64,000 bases of DNA from Selaginella moellendorffii. Taxonomy: Eukaryota > Plantae > Lycopodiophyta. This document shows positions 10,598-22,148 of the stretch, piece by piece; the stretch's first letter is position 1; each line of letters starts with the position of its first letter. The position numbers and the translations under genes are program-made. The stretch is from NCBI RefSeq assembly GCF_000143415.4, contig NW_003314300.1, positions 956,181 through 1,020,180 of the forward strand, in the 5' to 3' direction. Under the pieces are notes generated by a model. The model saw nothing but the letters and a program-made list of their open reading frames with translations, did not search any database and was not told the DNA's origin.

Positions 10598-13500
10598 ATC
10601 TTTCTTTCGGGAGTATCATCAAAGGGTTCACTCGGCACCAGTTCATCCAGTGTTTACTTTCCAAGCTCGTTTTTATAACAAGAGGTCTCCTATTATTCTC
10701 TCCATGTTGGTTGATATAGGTTCGAGTTTATCTTCTATTGCTCGACCTATTGCCACACGTTGTCGTCTACACTTGCGTCGTACGGCAGAATCAGTTTTCA
10801 TTCTTTATGACAACGGCCGTACACATGCATGTGCATGGGATGAGGTGGACCTAGTTGTGCGTGTGGGCAATCTCGAGCTTGAGTTGCAGTTGTTGCGGGT
10901 GGTGCTGAGTCAAACTTTTGACCTCATTCTTGGTATGGATTAGTTGTAGCGCAATCATGCCAAGTGTGACTTTGAGGCTTCTCCCCCTTGTCTCATACTT
11001 CCATATGTTTCATCCATTCCTCTCACTTCCATACCTCTTCGTCCCTCTACTTTTACCTCTGCTTCCATTACTTTTGTTCCCCCACTCTTTCCTTCTATGT
11101 TTCCATCTTGTTCTGCTTTTCCCTTTTCCGATCCCTCTGACGATTTTTGTGTTGCAGCAGTTGACCGGCTCATGAAGGAGTATTCTGATCTCTTTGAATT
11201 TGACCTATCGTCTGGGGCCAAGATTGCCACACGTCATCCGATTCCAACCGGGGATGCTCATCCAATCAAGGTTCCTGTTCGTCGTCAGTCACCTAAGGAG
11301 ATCAAGATTTTACGAGCAAACGTCAAGGAAATGCTAGAGAAGGGTGTTATTCGGAAGTCGCGGAGTCCTTGGGCATGTGAACCTCATCTTATGACGAAGT
11401 CTGATGGGAGTATTCGTTTCTGCATCAACTATCGTCCGTTAAACGAGTGACGATTCCAGATGTGTATCCTCTTCCTCACACTGCTGATCTCTTGGATCAT
11501 CTGGGGCGAAATCGTTGGTTCATCAAGCTAGATCTTGCTTCTGGGTATTGGCAAGTACCGATAGCCGAAGAAGATATTCTTAAGACTGTTTTTTGTATAC
11601 CATTTGGTTTGTACGAGTTTTTGGTGATGCTGTTTGGTTTGAACAATGCTCTAGCAACTTTCCAGCGGATGATGGATGAGGTTCTTTGCAATATGCCAGA
11701 GGTGACTGCTGACTTCATTGATGATGCTTGATCCACTCGGAGGGGACGTGGGAGGAGCATGTTCATGATGTTTGTAAAGTGTTGGATCGGCTACGCGACG
11801 TTGGTTTAAAGCTGAAGCGGTCAAAGTGCGTGTTTGGGTTCAAGGACACAACTTATCTTGGGTACTGTATTTCTCGTGAGGGTTTGCAAGTTGATCTTGA
11901 CAAACTTGTGGCTGTTCTAAAGTTCCCTACTCCGAAGTGTGTAAATGATGTGCAGCGCTTTTTGGGTAAGGTGCAGTATCTCGGTCGTTTTGTGGATCAT
12001 CTTTCCGATCGCACTACACCATTGCGAGCGTTGTTGAAGTCATCAATGTCATCTTTCATCTGGTCTCCAGATTGTGAGCAGGCGTTCGTGGATCTCAAAG
12101 AGCTATTGATGACTCCTCCGGTTTTGGCATATCCTAACTACACTCGACCTTTTATTTTGCGCGTGGATGCTTCTGACATTGGTATTGGAGGTGTGTTGAT
12201 GCAAGAGAGCTAGAGTGTGCCTGGTCAGCGCCATCCCATTGCATACATAAGCCGTACATTACAACCAGCGGAGATGAACTACTCCACGACGGAGAATGAG
12301 TGTTTAGCAGCAGTCTGGGGTTTCGAGAAACTTCATGCATATCTACATGGTTCTCGGACGTTACTTGAAGGTGACCATACTGTTGTTACTTTATTATTGA
12401 AGCAAAAGAACCTGGTTGGTCGTACAGCTCAATGGGCTTTGAAGCTTCAGATATATGATTTCGATGTTGTTTATCGCCCAGGGAGTTCTATGGTTGATGC
12501 TGATGCCCTTTCTCGAGCTCCTCTTCCTTCTCCACTCACTTCTCATGTTTCTGACGAACCTGTTCTAGCATCTATGGATTTTCTAGATGAGGATTCTGTG
12601 CCATCGGCGGTTGCTGTCCTTGACGTTCAGTGTCCACAGGGTGCAGAGCAAGATCTACCTTCTCTTGATGAGGTTCGCGAGGCTCAAAAGATTGAGCCAT
12701 GGATTCAAAGGCTTCGAGATGGGTTTGAGAATCCTGCATCACTTGCTGATGACTTACCTTTTCGGCATTTACATTCTCAATATCGCCTTGAAGATGGCCC
12801 TCTGTATTTTGTGGGGACGGATCCTGATGATCATTTACAGCTGGTGGTGCCTTTAGTGTTTATTCCGCGGTTTCTCCATGCCTACCATGATTCTCCTGTT
12901 CTAGGTGGGCATATGGGACACCGTCGTGTCACCGAGAAGCTGCGCAGGTTTTTCTATTGGCCGGAGATGCGACGTGATATTATCTGGTATGTGCGTAGCT
13001 GCGTTTGGTGCCAAGCTCATAATACTCCCCCTCGTGCTGCGGAAGGATGGTTGGAGTCAATTGTGGTTTCCCGTCCATTTGAGTTAGTGGTGTTTGATCT
13101 TATGGGACCTTTTCCACGGTCGACTGCTGGCAATGAGTATGTTATTATTGCTTCTAACTACTTGACTCATTAAGTGGAAGTTGGTGCTCTTGCTAGCACC
13201 TCTGCAACTACTGTTGGATACTTCCTCCTCAATCGAGTGGTGTTCTAGCATTCTTGTTCAGAGCGGATTCTTTCGGATAATGGTTGGCTGAGGCATTTCA
13301 TGTTTTTACGTCTCAATTGGGGATATGCCACAATTTCATGAGTGCTTGTCATCCACAATCAGATGGTCTGGTGGAACGGCTTGTTCGGACATTCAAAGGG
13401 ATGATTGCGAAGTATGTGAACTTTTAGCATTTGGATTGGGATGGTTATTTGCCGTCTCTTCGGTATGCATATGTTACAGAGGTGTAGAGTTCTATTGGTG

Positions 13501-14041
13501 CTTCACCATATAAACTCTTATATGGTCATGATCTAATATTACCAACGGAGCTGGGTTTACCTTCGCGATTGCCACGAGTTGCCGATGCTAGATCATAGGA
13601 TCAGTATCTGACGAGCATTCTTCCACTTGTCCCAGCAGAGTCTGCCGAACACTTAGGCCGCGTACAAGTGGGACAACAACGGCGCTACAACTCCCATCAT
13701 CGTCCACCTGCGAAGTACAAAGTGGATGATTTGGTGTTAGTCCGTTTTCCCCATCTTACGGTATGTGGTTTATCTAAGGGGCTTCTTGCGCAATGGAAAA
13801 GATCGTATCGTGTGTTGCGGCAAGTTGGACCACAAGTTTATGAGGTTCGGCATGACGTTCAGCAAGCCGATCCTCCAAAGATTGTGCATGTGCAACGGCT
13901 GAAACGCTTCGTACAAAGGGATCAAGAGGAGTTAATACCACCTACAAATCCACTGATGCCTCCTCCTGACGTTCCTCCAGATCCCGGCCCATCTTCAAGA
14001 GAACTCTGATGGTCTTCCATTATCCCGAGAGGAGGGGATGA

Positions 14042-14216
14042 TGTGAGGGCTAAGTGTACGGTTACGATGCTATATACTAATATTAGCGTAGTGGGATTTT
14101 GGTAGCCGTTGGATTGGTTTCAATCTGGACCACTCACTCCTGTATATAAGCTAGGGTTTTTGGGCTAATTAATATGCACATTTCTGTATTCCCTTTCCAT
14201 ATTCCAGGCACTCACA
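14042..14216 (+). repeat. 3' LTR (175 bp)
   Basis: Preceded by a purine tract and followed by TSD AAAG. Confidence 0.95.
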
Positions 14217-14233
14217 AAAGTTATTATTAAAAT

Positions 14234-15171
14234 TTATATTTCATATTGTACGAGAAATTTTTTAAAAGAAATAAAGCATTGTATGATAAAACATCTAGAA
14301 TCCTTATCGCATTTGAAGGGTCGGCACAGAGAAACTTTTTGGAACAGAATTTCTTCACCTTAGTGATAAATGTAGGCCTTTTACCTTCTTTGATGCAATC
14401 AGCCAAAGTTTTTCTCATGCTGATGAGATAAAACCAAGGAAGAGTTCCCACAAAAACGATTCCAGGAAATACAATATCTTCCAGTGGTACACGTCCCAGG
14501 TCATAGAGCTCATGTAGCCTTTCATTATCTTGTATTGCAGCTATGGATTCTGCCATGAGTTGAGCTTCAGGATTATGACTTCTGAGTTGAAGATGATCAG
14601 AGGTTTTGTCTTCAGTAGCTACCATGATCTTTACCATGGTCACTTCATCTTCCACACACAAATCTGAACTTACTTCTGGCCGTCTAACATCTGCAGTGGA
14701 ATGGTGACTCCAGTCCTTATAGAGGAACCATTCCTGTCATAATCTAAGAACTCCAACAACCTCTTACCCACATCGATGGCACAAGACTCACGTCTCCGGT
14801 GAGCTCTATTGGCAGAGATGATGTCCTTCACAAGTAATTCTACAACACAAGACCTAAATGAGATCTCTGCACTAGATGAGCTCAAGTAAACGTCTATAAG
14901 ATCCAGATCTAAAAACTCTTGAACTTCCTCTGCAAAGACAGTGCATGGTGGTTCACCAAAGAATTCCTCGAAGGACCTAACTTGCGTGACCCAATTCCCT
15001 GTCGACCCAAGAAGATCCCACTTCCCTGTTAGCCCGAGAAGATCCCACTTCCCTGTGAGCCCGAGAAGATCCCACTTTCCTGTCAGCCCGAGAAGTTCCC
15101 ACTTCCTTGCCCTCGTCTGACTCTTTCCTTTTCGTCCTTGCCATAGGGTTCCTTTCAGACTCTTTCGCCAT
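14234..15171 (-). pseudogene. Nuclease-like gene copy 2 (frameshifted pseudogene)
   Basis: ORF fragments 14977-15171, 14670-14885 and 14227-14661 are homologous to 2181-3191. Small frameshifting deletions relative to copy 3. Confidence 0.85.
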
Positions 15172-15544
15172 AGGGTTCTTTGTTTCTTTCAGGGTTGATA
15201 CGTTTTATACGTGGCAAGGGCAATTTCTTTTTTAGGCACAATCCGTAATCTGAGCTCTAGTGGCGAGGCCGGTGTTTCGCCTGGAGCAATCGCGCAGTGC
15301 CTCGAGTCTGTCAGTAGTCTGTCACTCGCGAAGATGGCTTTTTGCTAGGAACTCATTGATCGAGGGGAACTGAACTCCCTTCAATGCTGCAGCTTTACGT
15401 CCCAGCGAGGGATTCTCAATCGAATGCCGTGTGAGATATTCTCACCTGGATGGTTGCGGCACTTGCCCACTCAGGGCAACTGTAGCGCTTGTTTGGCGGA
15501 AAACCAACTCAGAAATCTATGAGCACTCTCAGGCTGGCAAAGTT

Positions 15545-16480
15545 TCGTTAATGCAGAACATTTGATGTGGTTCCACAATGATAAAAGTTTTTAGAACACT
15601 CTTCACGGATGACTCCCTTTGCTATGATCATGCAAACGTATCCGCCTTGGGATGGTGCTTTTCTTTTGAGTGTTTTCCAGGTACATAAACTCAGGTTTAT
15701 GTGACAGCGCGACAATGTGATCCAAACTTCTTGATCGAGAAAAGCAGTGGAAGGCTGCGATCGATCATCCGCAGGGGATTGCTGTGCATAGCAATGGAGT
15801 TGAGACGAAAAGCAAGCTGGAAAGTAAAACCAAGCTTCAGGAGGGACGCAAGCGTTCTGGAAAGCACTATTTTGCTCATTTTTGCAGAGGGGACTTGCGT
15901 GAACAAGGAGGACAATGTGATGTTCAAGCAGGTTCTTGATTTCGTAGTTTCTCCAGGTAGTTCTTATTTCCTTGCTCTTGATTTTGCGGATTGCATTCGA
16001 ACTGGATTTCACTGTCTGCCCCGTTTCTCTGAAAGTAAAACAAGATAATTGTCCACGCTAAGTTTATACTTTTCATCTCGATTGACTTTCAGTTTTTTTT
16101 TTTCGTTTAGCTGAAGCTGATGTCGTCCTGGGTAGTCGTTTGCGATGTCTGGTATGTGGAGCCACAAATGAACGATGCACCAATAGGATTCTCGGAGAAG
16201 CATGCAAAGAGCACTCTTCTTATTTATATTCTATATTCCTTTCAGAGTCTGCGATAGCGAAACGAGCTGAAGTTACGAAAGTCGCTTGAAATACTACGTC
16301 CAATCTCGAAACTCACAGAAGAAGAACAGCTCAACGTGGTGCCATTGGAAAATGTAAGATTCTTGCTTTGTTTTCTCTAAATTTTGCGTGAAAGCCTGTA
16401 GCCTACGCGTTTTTCCTCCACGGGCCAGAAACTCCCCTAGACCATGCTAAGAAGATTACGAACAAAGACAAATTCATGGA
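15545..16480 (+). pseudogene. Unit X: unidentified, apparently spliced, decayed gene-like repeat (copy 1)
   Basis: Plus-strand splice-like junctions (ttttgcag, cgtttag, ctttcag, aat|gtaag); stops in all frames; repeated at 20806-21512 and 25555-26520, and inverted at 8568-8810. Confidence 0.45.
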
Positions 16481-17077
16481 ATGATCGACGTGGTTTTTTT
16501 CTTGTTTTTCTTTTTATTTCGAAGAAAGCCAATGCCGAATAAAAAATCTCCGCTCCTCTGGGCCGGCTTGGACCAGATGAGAAATGAAAGCGACGAAGAA
16601 CCGCACGCGCTTGCGACGTTTGTGTGTTCATTCTTCGTTTGAGTCAAGCACACGAGTCAGGCACACGAGTCAAGCACCGTTTGATAATGGGAATCGAAAT
16701 GCTGACGGCCTTGGCCAAACTCTTTGTACAACGCGCAAGAATGCCACCATACCGCCTTGCTATGGCGCTTGTAAGAAATTTTGTTTTTGGTCCTGACGTA
16801 ACATGGTTTGGTCCCGGCATTATGGCTTCCTAGGCAATCTGACGCGCCAGTCCTGTCACACCAGACATTGCGTCAATTCTGCCGTGTGCTGACCGAGGAG
16901 CTCTTCGTCACTACGGCTAGAGGCGACTAGGGCGATGATCGATCGATCGATCGTTCTGTGACCGAAATATCGCGACGAAAATTTCAAGACTATCCTTCGC
17001 TACCATGCCTTTATTCTAAATAACAGGCTATTTTTAGGTCGCAAAGAAATTCTAGCACAGCGACAGCAACCACATCA

Positions 17078-17770
17078 ATGGATGGAGGAGGAGAAGATGG
17101 ATCACCTCCTTCCCCTGACGGAGGAGGAGAAGATGGATCACCTCCTCTTCCCCCTGACGCTGGCGGAGCCGATGGATCACCTCCTCCCCCTGACGGAGGA
17201 GGAGAAGATGGATCACCTCCTCCTCCCCCTGACGCTGGCGGAGCCGATGGATCACCTCCTCCCCCTGACGGAGGAGGAGAAGATGGATCACCTCCTCCTC
17301 CCCCTGACGCTGGCGGAGCCGATGGATCACCTCCTCCTCCCCTCCTGGGCCAGGGTCCGTACGCCCCTGATGCTGGCGGAGTCGATCCTCCCCGCCTGCG
17401 GAGTCCGTACGCCCCTGATGCTGGCGGAGCCGATGGATCACCTCCTCCTCCCCGCCTGGGCCTGGGTCCGTACGCCCCTGATGCTGGCGGAGCCGATGGA
17501 TCACCTCCTCCTCCCCGCCTGGGCCTGGGTCCTCCCCGCCTGGGCCTGGGTCCGTACGCCCCTGATGCTGGCGGAGCCGATGGATCACCTCGTCTTCCAG
17601 GAGAAGATGGATCACCTCCTCCCCCTGACGCTGGCGGAGCCGATGGATCACCTCCTCCTCCCCCTGACGCTGGCGGAGCCGATGGATCACCTCCTCCTCC
17701 CCCTGACGCTGGCGGAGCCGATGGATCATCCGGCGGTGGAGCTCCTCCTCCTCCCCCTGACGCTGGCGCG
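17078..17770 (+). repeat. Coding minisatellite (33-36-bp units encoding GSPPPP(P)DAGGAD / DGGGED / [11 protein letters not shown])
   Basis: Repeated cctcctccccctgacgctggcggagccgatggatca. Confidence 0.95.
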
Positions 17771-20013
17771 AACATTCTTCCATCTCCTCCTGGCACACCT
17801 CCTGCTCCAACGACTAGCGACAACAGCGGCGGCGGCAGTAGCTCGATTACCGCTGGCGCGATTGTGGGGATTGCCGTGGCCGGGATTTTGATCTTGATCG
17901 TGCTCGCGCTGGTGGTTTGCTGCCTCCGAAGGAAGTCCAAGAGGAAGTATAAACGAGATGACCACGCGTATGGATCAGGGCAATGCAAAGCTGGTAAAGT
18001 TTCTTCCTCTCTCTTTTGCTTGCGTGCTTTTCTTCATCTTTGGTTTTAGCTATCTCAAGCTATCTCTTTTTGCTTGAGTGCTTTGCTTCTTAATAATGTT
18101 CGCCAGCTTTAGGGAATGCAGGCGACATGAATTCTAAAAGTTTTCTTGCGTCTTCCAGAGATGCATGAAGCCGGCAGGACACCAAGACCAGATCATTATG
18201 ACCACAAGCCTCCTCCGCCACCACCGCCGCCGCCGCCTCACTATAATTACGCGTATGGGTCTCCAGTTCCGCCACCACCTCCGCCGCCACCACCGCACTA
18301 CAGTAATTCGGGAAGACAGGATTCCTGGGGGCAACCACCACCGCCCGGTATGAGCCCGAGCATGGGTAGCTCCAGGTCGTTGTTCACGCAACCACCACCG
18401 CCCGGTATGAGCCCGATCATCGGTAGCTCCAGGTCGTTGTTCACGCAACCACCACCGCCCGGTATGAGCCCGAGCATGGGTAGCTCCAGGTCGTTGTTCA
18501 CTTACGAGGAACTTGAGGCAGCGACTGCTGGATTCTCCAGGGCCAATCTTCTCGGCGAGGGTGGGTTTGGATGTGTATACAAGGGATTTCTCCATGGTGG
18601 TCAAGTTGTAGCTGTGAAGCAGCTTAGAGATGGAAGCAGGCAAGGAGAGCGTGAGTTTCGAGCTGAGGTTGAGATTATTAGCAGAGTTCATCACAGGCAT
18701 CTGGTTTCGCTGGTTGGATACTGCATTGAGGATGCTCAGAGGCTGCTGGTTTACGATTTCGTGCCGAATGGAACGCTGGAGCATCACCTGCACGGTACAA
18801 GTTTTTGTCCGTGTTTTTCCTTGTTCTCAGTCTCGTTTTCTCTCTTGTTTTTTCAGGTGAAGGTAGAACCGTGATGGATTGGCCAACGAGATTGAAAATA
18901 GCTTCTGGTTCTGCTCGTGGACTAGCATATCTTCATGAAGACTGTAAGATCTCTATCTCTCCGTTGGAACTTAATCTAAAAGTCATTCGTTCTTGCAGGC
19001 CATCCTCGAATCATTCATCGGGACATAAAGTCGTCTAACATTCTTTTGGATAACAATTTTGACGCTCAGGTTTGTTGTTACATATTTGCTCACTTTCTTT
19101 CAATTGTAACGCTTGTCCATTACAGGTCTCTGACTTTGGGCTTGCGAAGCTCGCTTCTGACACTTACACACACGTCACTACTCGAGTTATGGGAACCTTC
19201 GGGTAAGGACATAACCAACCAAATATATCAGTTTCCCATATGAATTTTTCAAACTTCCAGGTACCTTGCGCCTGAGTACGCCTCCACAGGAAAACTGACG
19301 GAGAAGTCAGACGTGTACTCCTTTGGAGTCGTCCTACTGGAACTTATAACGGGAAGGAGGCCTGTAGATACCACGCAACCTGTGGGAAAAGACAGCTTGG
19401 TCGAATGGGTGAGTCTTTGCAAAACCTCATCCTTGGACATGCTAAAACTTATTGCCTCTTTCAGGCTCGACCATACCTCATGCAGGCTATCGAGAATGGC
19501 GACCTCGGTGGCGTAGTCGACGAAAGACTAGCAAACTACAACGAGAACGAGATGCTACGAATGGTCGAGGCAGCTGCAGCCTGCGTTCGACACTCAGCCA
19601 GAGAACGCCCAAGGATGGCAGAGGTTTGTTTGCATCTTTTGTTTTCTCGAGCAACCACTAAACTCCTTGCATTTTTCTTTCAGGTTGTCCCCGCTCTAAA
19701 AAGCGATATCTCCGACCTCAACCAAGGAGTAAAGCCAGGCCACAACTCGAACTTCACGAGTGCGGACTACAATAGCAACCAATACGTCTCAGACATGAAA
19801 AGGTTCCAAAAGGTGGTGTTTGGAAGCCAAGAACACGGGAGCTCCGAACACAGTGGCCCGCCGACGAGCGATCCCTCGGTGTCGAGCAGTGAAGGGATGA
19901 GCAGCATGGAGATGGAGAGGCGGCGGGCTGGGTTGCTTTGGAGCTCGGACACGACGAGTTCCAGTGAGATCAATGCCAACACCAACAGCAGTAATCGTCT
20001 CAATGGCCGGTAA
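17078..20013 (+). CDS. PERK: PERK-family proline-rich receptor-like kinase, copy A (multi-exon)
   Basis: No signal peptide; Pro-rich N-terminus; [25 protein letters not shown]; [39 protein letters not shown]. Exon 1 is 17078-17993 and exon 2 starts at 18159 in phase. Confidence 0.92.
18331..18502 (+). repeat. 57-bp in-frame triplication (QPPPPGMSP[SM/II]GSSRSLFT) in the PERK A juxtamembrane region
   Basis: Three tandem copies; a single copy in PERK B. Confidence 0.92.
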
Positions 20014-20094
20014 AATTTCGAGAAGAAATATCACAGGGAAGAAGAGAATATTTTTTTAAGTTACTACGTTGTCTCGTTTGTATAATATATTTGA

Positions 20095-20716
20095 TCGATG
20101 CTTGGCCGCGATGGCCGGGCTTGTGTGCCTCGGTTATTTGCAAGGCTGGGGAGAAGAAAGCGCCCGCGCGGTTCATCCAGAAGCAGCAGATGATCTCCAG
20201 CCGCGAGGCAGCGGCCGAGGCGGATTATGGCAATCAGCCATCCCTCGGCTCTCGATCGGTGAGTTTCTTGGAGCTGGGAAGGGATTTCGGCTGAGGTTTT
20301 CGTTCTAGATCATGTGACTGTGAGCTTTGCGAGGAGTGGATGTGCTGGCGGCCAAAATGTGAACAAAGGTGTGATTTTTTTGGTGTTTGGGACTTTGGTG
20401 ATCAACTTTTTTTTTTCTTGTTCGACAGTGAACATGAAAGTGGACATGCGATTCAATGTGATGAACGCGCATTGGCTCTCTCTCCAAGTGAGGAACAAGC
20501 TGCTTCAAACAGTTTGTCACGATCTTTGAAATGTGAGACGTCTAGTAGTTTGGAATGAGTTTTTCTATACTAATTCCACGGTTTTGTGAACAGGAGAAGA
20601 ACCGGATCAACAGCAACAGGTGAATTGGTCATTTCAAGGAAACGTCGATGATGCTCTAGCTAACGTTTGTTTTCATCGTGCTTTGTTTCTTCAGTAGCTA
20701 ACGTTTGTTTCTTCTC
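20095..20716 (+). pseudogene. ICT1/ArfB-like peptidyl-tRNA hydrolase pseudogene (duplicate A)
   Basis: Homologous to 30119-30841, but lacks the ATG/promoter segment, has SGCAGGQ, internal deletions and a 3' truncation. Confidence 0.85.
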
Positions 20717-20805
20717 CCAAGGTTTCTTCCGCGATGGATATCTTTCAAAAATTGTTGGAGTTTCTTGATTACCTCTATAGGGAATTTGGCATTAATGCCC
20801 GTGGC

Positions 20806-21512
20806 TCAGAACATCTGATTTGGTTCCACAATGATAAAAGTTTTTAGAACACTTCTTCACAGATGACTCCTTTGCTATGATCATGCAAAAGTATCCAGCT
20901 TGGGATGGTGAGCTAACCATCTTCTATAAATCTTTTCTTTTGAGTGTTTTCCAGGTACATAGACTCAGGTTTATGTGAGAGCGTGAGAATGTGATCCAAA
21001 CTTCTTGATCGAGAAGGCTGCGATCGATCATCCGCAGGGGATTGCTGTGCGTAGCAATGGAGTTGAGACGAAAAGCAAGCTGGAAAGTAAAACCAAGCTT
21101 CAGAAGGGACGCAAGCGATCTGGAAGACACTATTTTGCTCATTTTTGCAGAGGGGACTTGCGTGAACAAGGAGGACAATGTGATGTTCAAGCAGGTTCTT
21201 GATTTCGTAGTTTCTCCAGGCAGTTCTTATTTCCTTGCACTCAATTCTGCAGATTGCATTCGAACTGGATTTCACTGTATGCCCCACAAGATAATTGTCC
21301 ACGCTAAGTCTATACTTTTCATCTTGATTGACTTTAAGTTTTTTTTCCCTGTTTAGCTGAGGCTGGTATTTGTTTGAGATGTCTGGTATGTGACCCACAA
21401 ACAAACGATGCACCAATAGGATTCTCAGAGAAGCATGCAAAGAGCACATAACTTTATATTTATATTCTTTTTAGAGTTTGCAATAGCGAAACAAGCTAAA
21501 GTTATGAAAGTT
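20806..21512 (+). repeat. Unit X partial copy
   Basis: Collinear with ~15553-16281. Confidence 0.85.
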
Positions 21513-22048
21513 AAAGTGATCATTCATTGATTGTTTTGTATTTGCTCCTTTGAGCACTTTATTGAGATTTTCACTCTTGCTTTTGACTTTCCAAGTTGGA
21601 GTTTTTAGTCCAAACATGTCATGCTCGTTAGACTTTTGATTCAACCATTATTATATGGCACACCTTTGGCTTTACTTTGGGTATCAGGTGTCTTATATGT
21701 TGTTCCCATGTTTAAATTCACAATCTAACATCATTTTATATTTAATAAATTTTTATGATTGTCCCAAAGACTAACTCTTAGGACTAAAGTGAGGGGTAAA
21801 ATAGTGTGTAGGTCAAGCATGGCTAATCAATTTAAAACATAGTTTAGCTCTTGTTTGTATGCTTATTTTTGTTTTACATCTGTGTTAGGTTTATACTATG
21901 CTAGCTTATGAAGTGCTTATATCCTTGCATTAGTCCACTAATATACTAAAATAATATTAAACTCCATTTGATTATGTTTTGTGTGCTAGTCATGGCATTG
22001 GGATGCTGGAAACTCTAGGATTGTACCAATTGTCTATGTCCTATTCAT

Positions 22049-22148
22049 NNNNNNNNNNNNNNNNNNNNNNNNNNNNNNNNNNNNNNNNNNNNNNNNNNNN
22101 NNNNNNNNNNNNNNNNNNNNNNNNNNNNNNNNNNNNNNNNNNNNNNNN
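22049..22148. other. Assembly gap (100 N)
   Basis: N run. Confidence 1.

Larger units (their letters stand above)
9222..14216 (+). mobile_element. Full-length degenerate Ty3/gypsy LTR retrotransposon (~5.0 kb, no evident chromodomain)
   Basis: LTRs 9222-9394 and 14042-14216 (TGTGAG...CTCACA); TSD AAAG (9218-9221 / 14217-14220); PBS TGGTGGAGGTGAGGGG; PPT. Domain order is gag with CCHC, PR (LVDIG), RT (KLDLASGYWQ, FIDD), RNase H (DAS, YSTTENECLA), INT (HHCC, DLMGP). Many stop codons. Confidence 0.97.
8866..20716 (+). repeat. Segmental duplication copy A (nuclease, unit X, PERK, ICT1), interrupted by the LTR element
   Basis: Homology to copy B starts at ttgacaaa.tacccctccatccaatggctgcc and ends at gtagctaacgtttgtttcttctc; even the introns are near-identical. 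Confidence 0.92.

Noticed and set aside
17078-17770. Repeat array as a CRISPR-like structure
   Set aside because: No unique spacers; it is in-frame coding sequence in a eukaryotic gene.
17011-17988. Long antisense and alternative-frame ORFs (325, 252, 269 aa) over PERK A
   Set aside because: By-products of a stop-free GC-rich minisatellite; only the 17078 frame leads into the TM and kinase.
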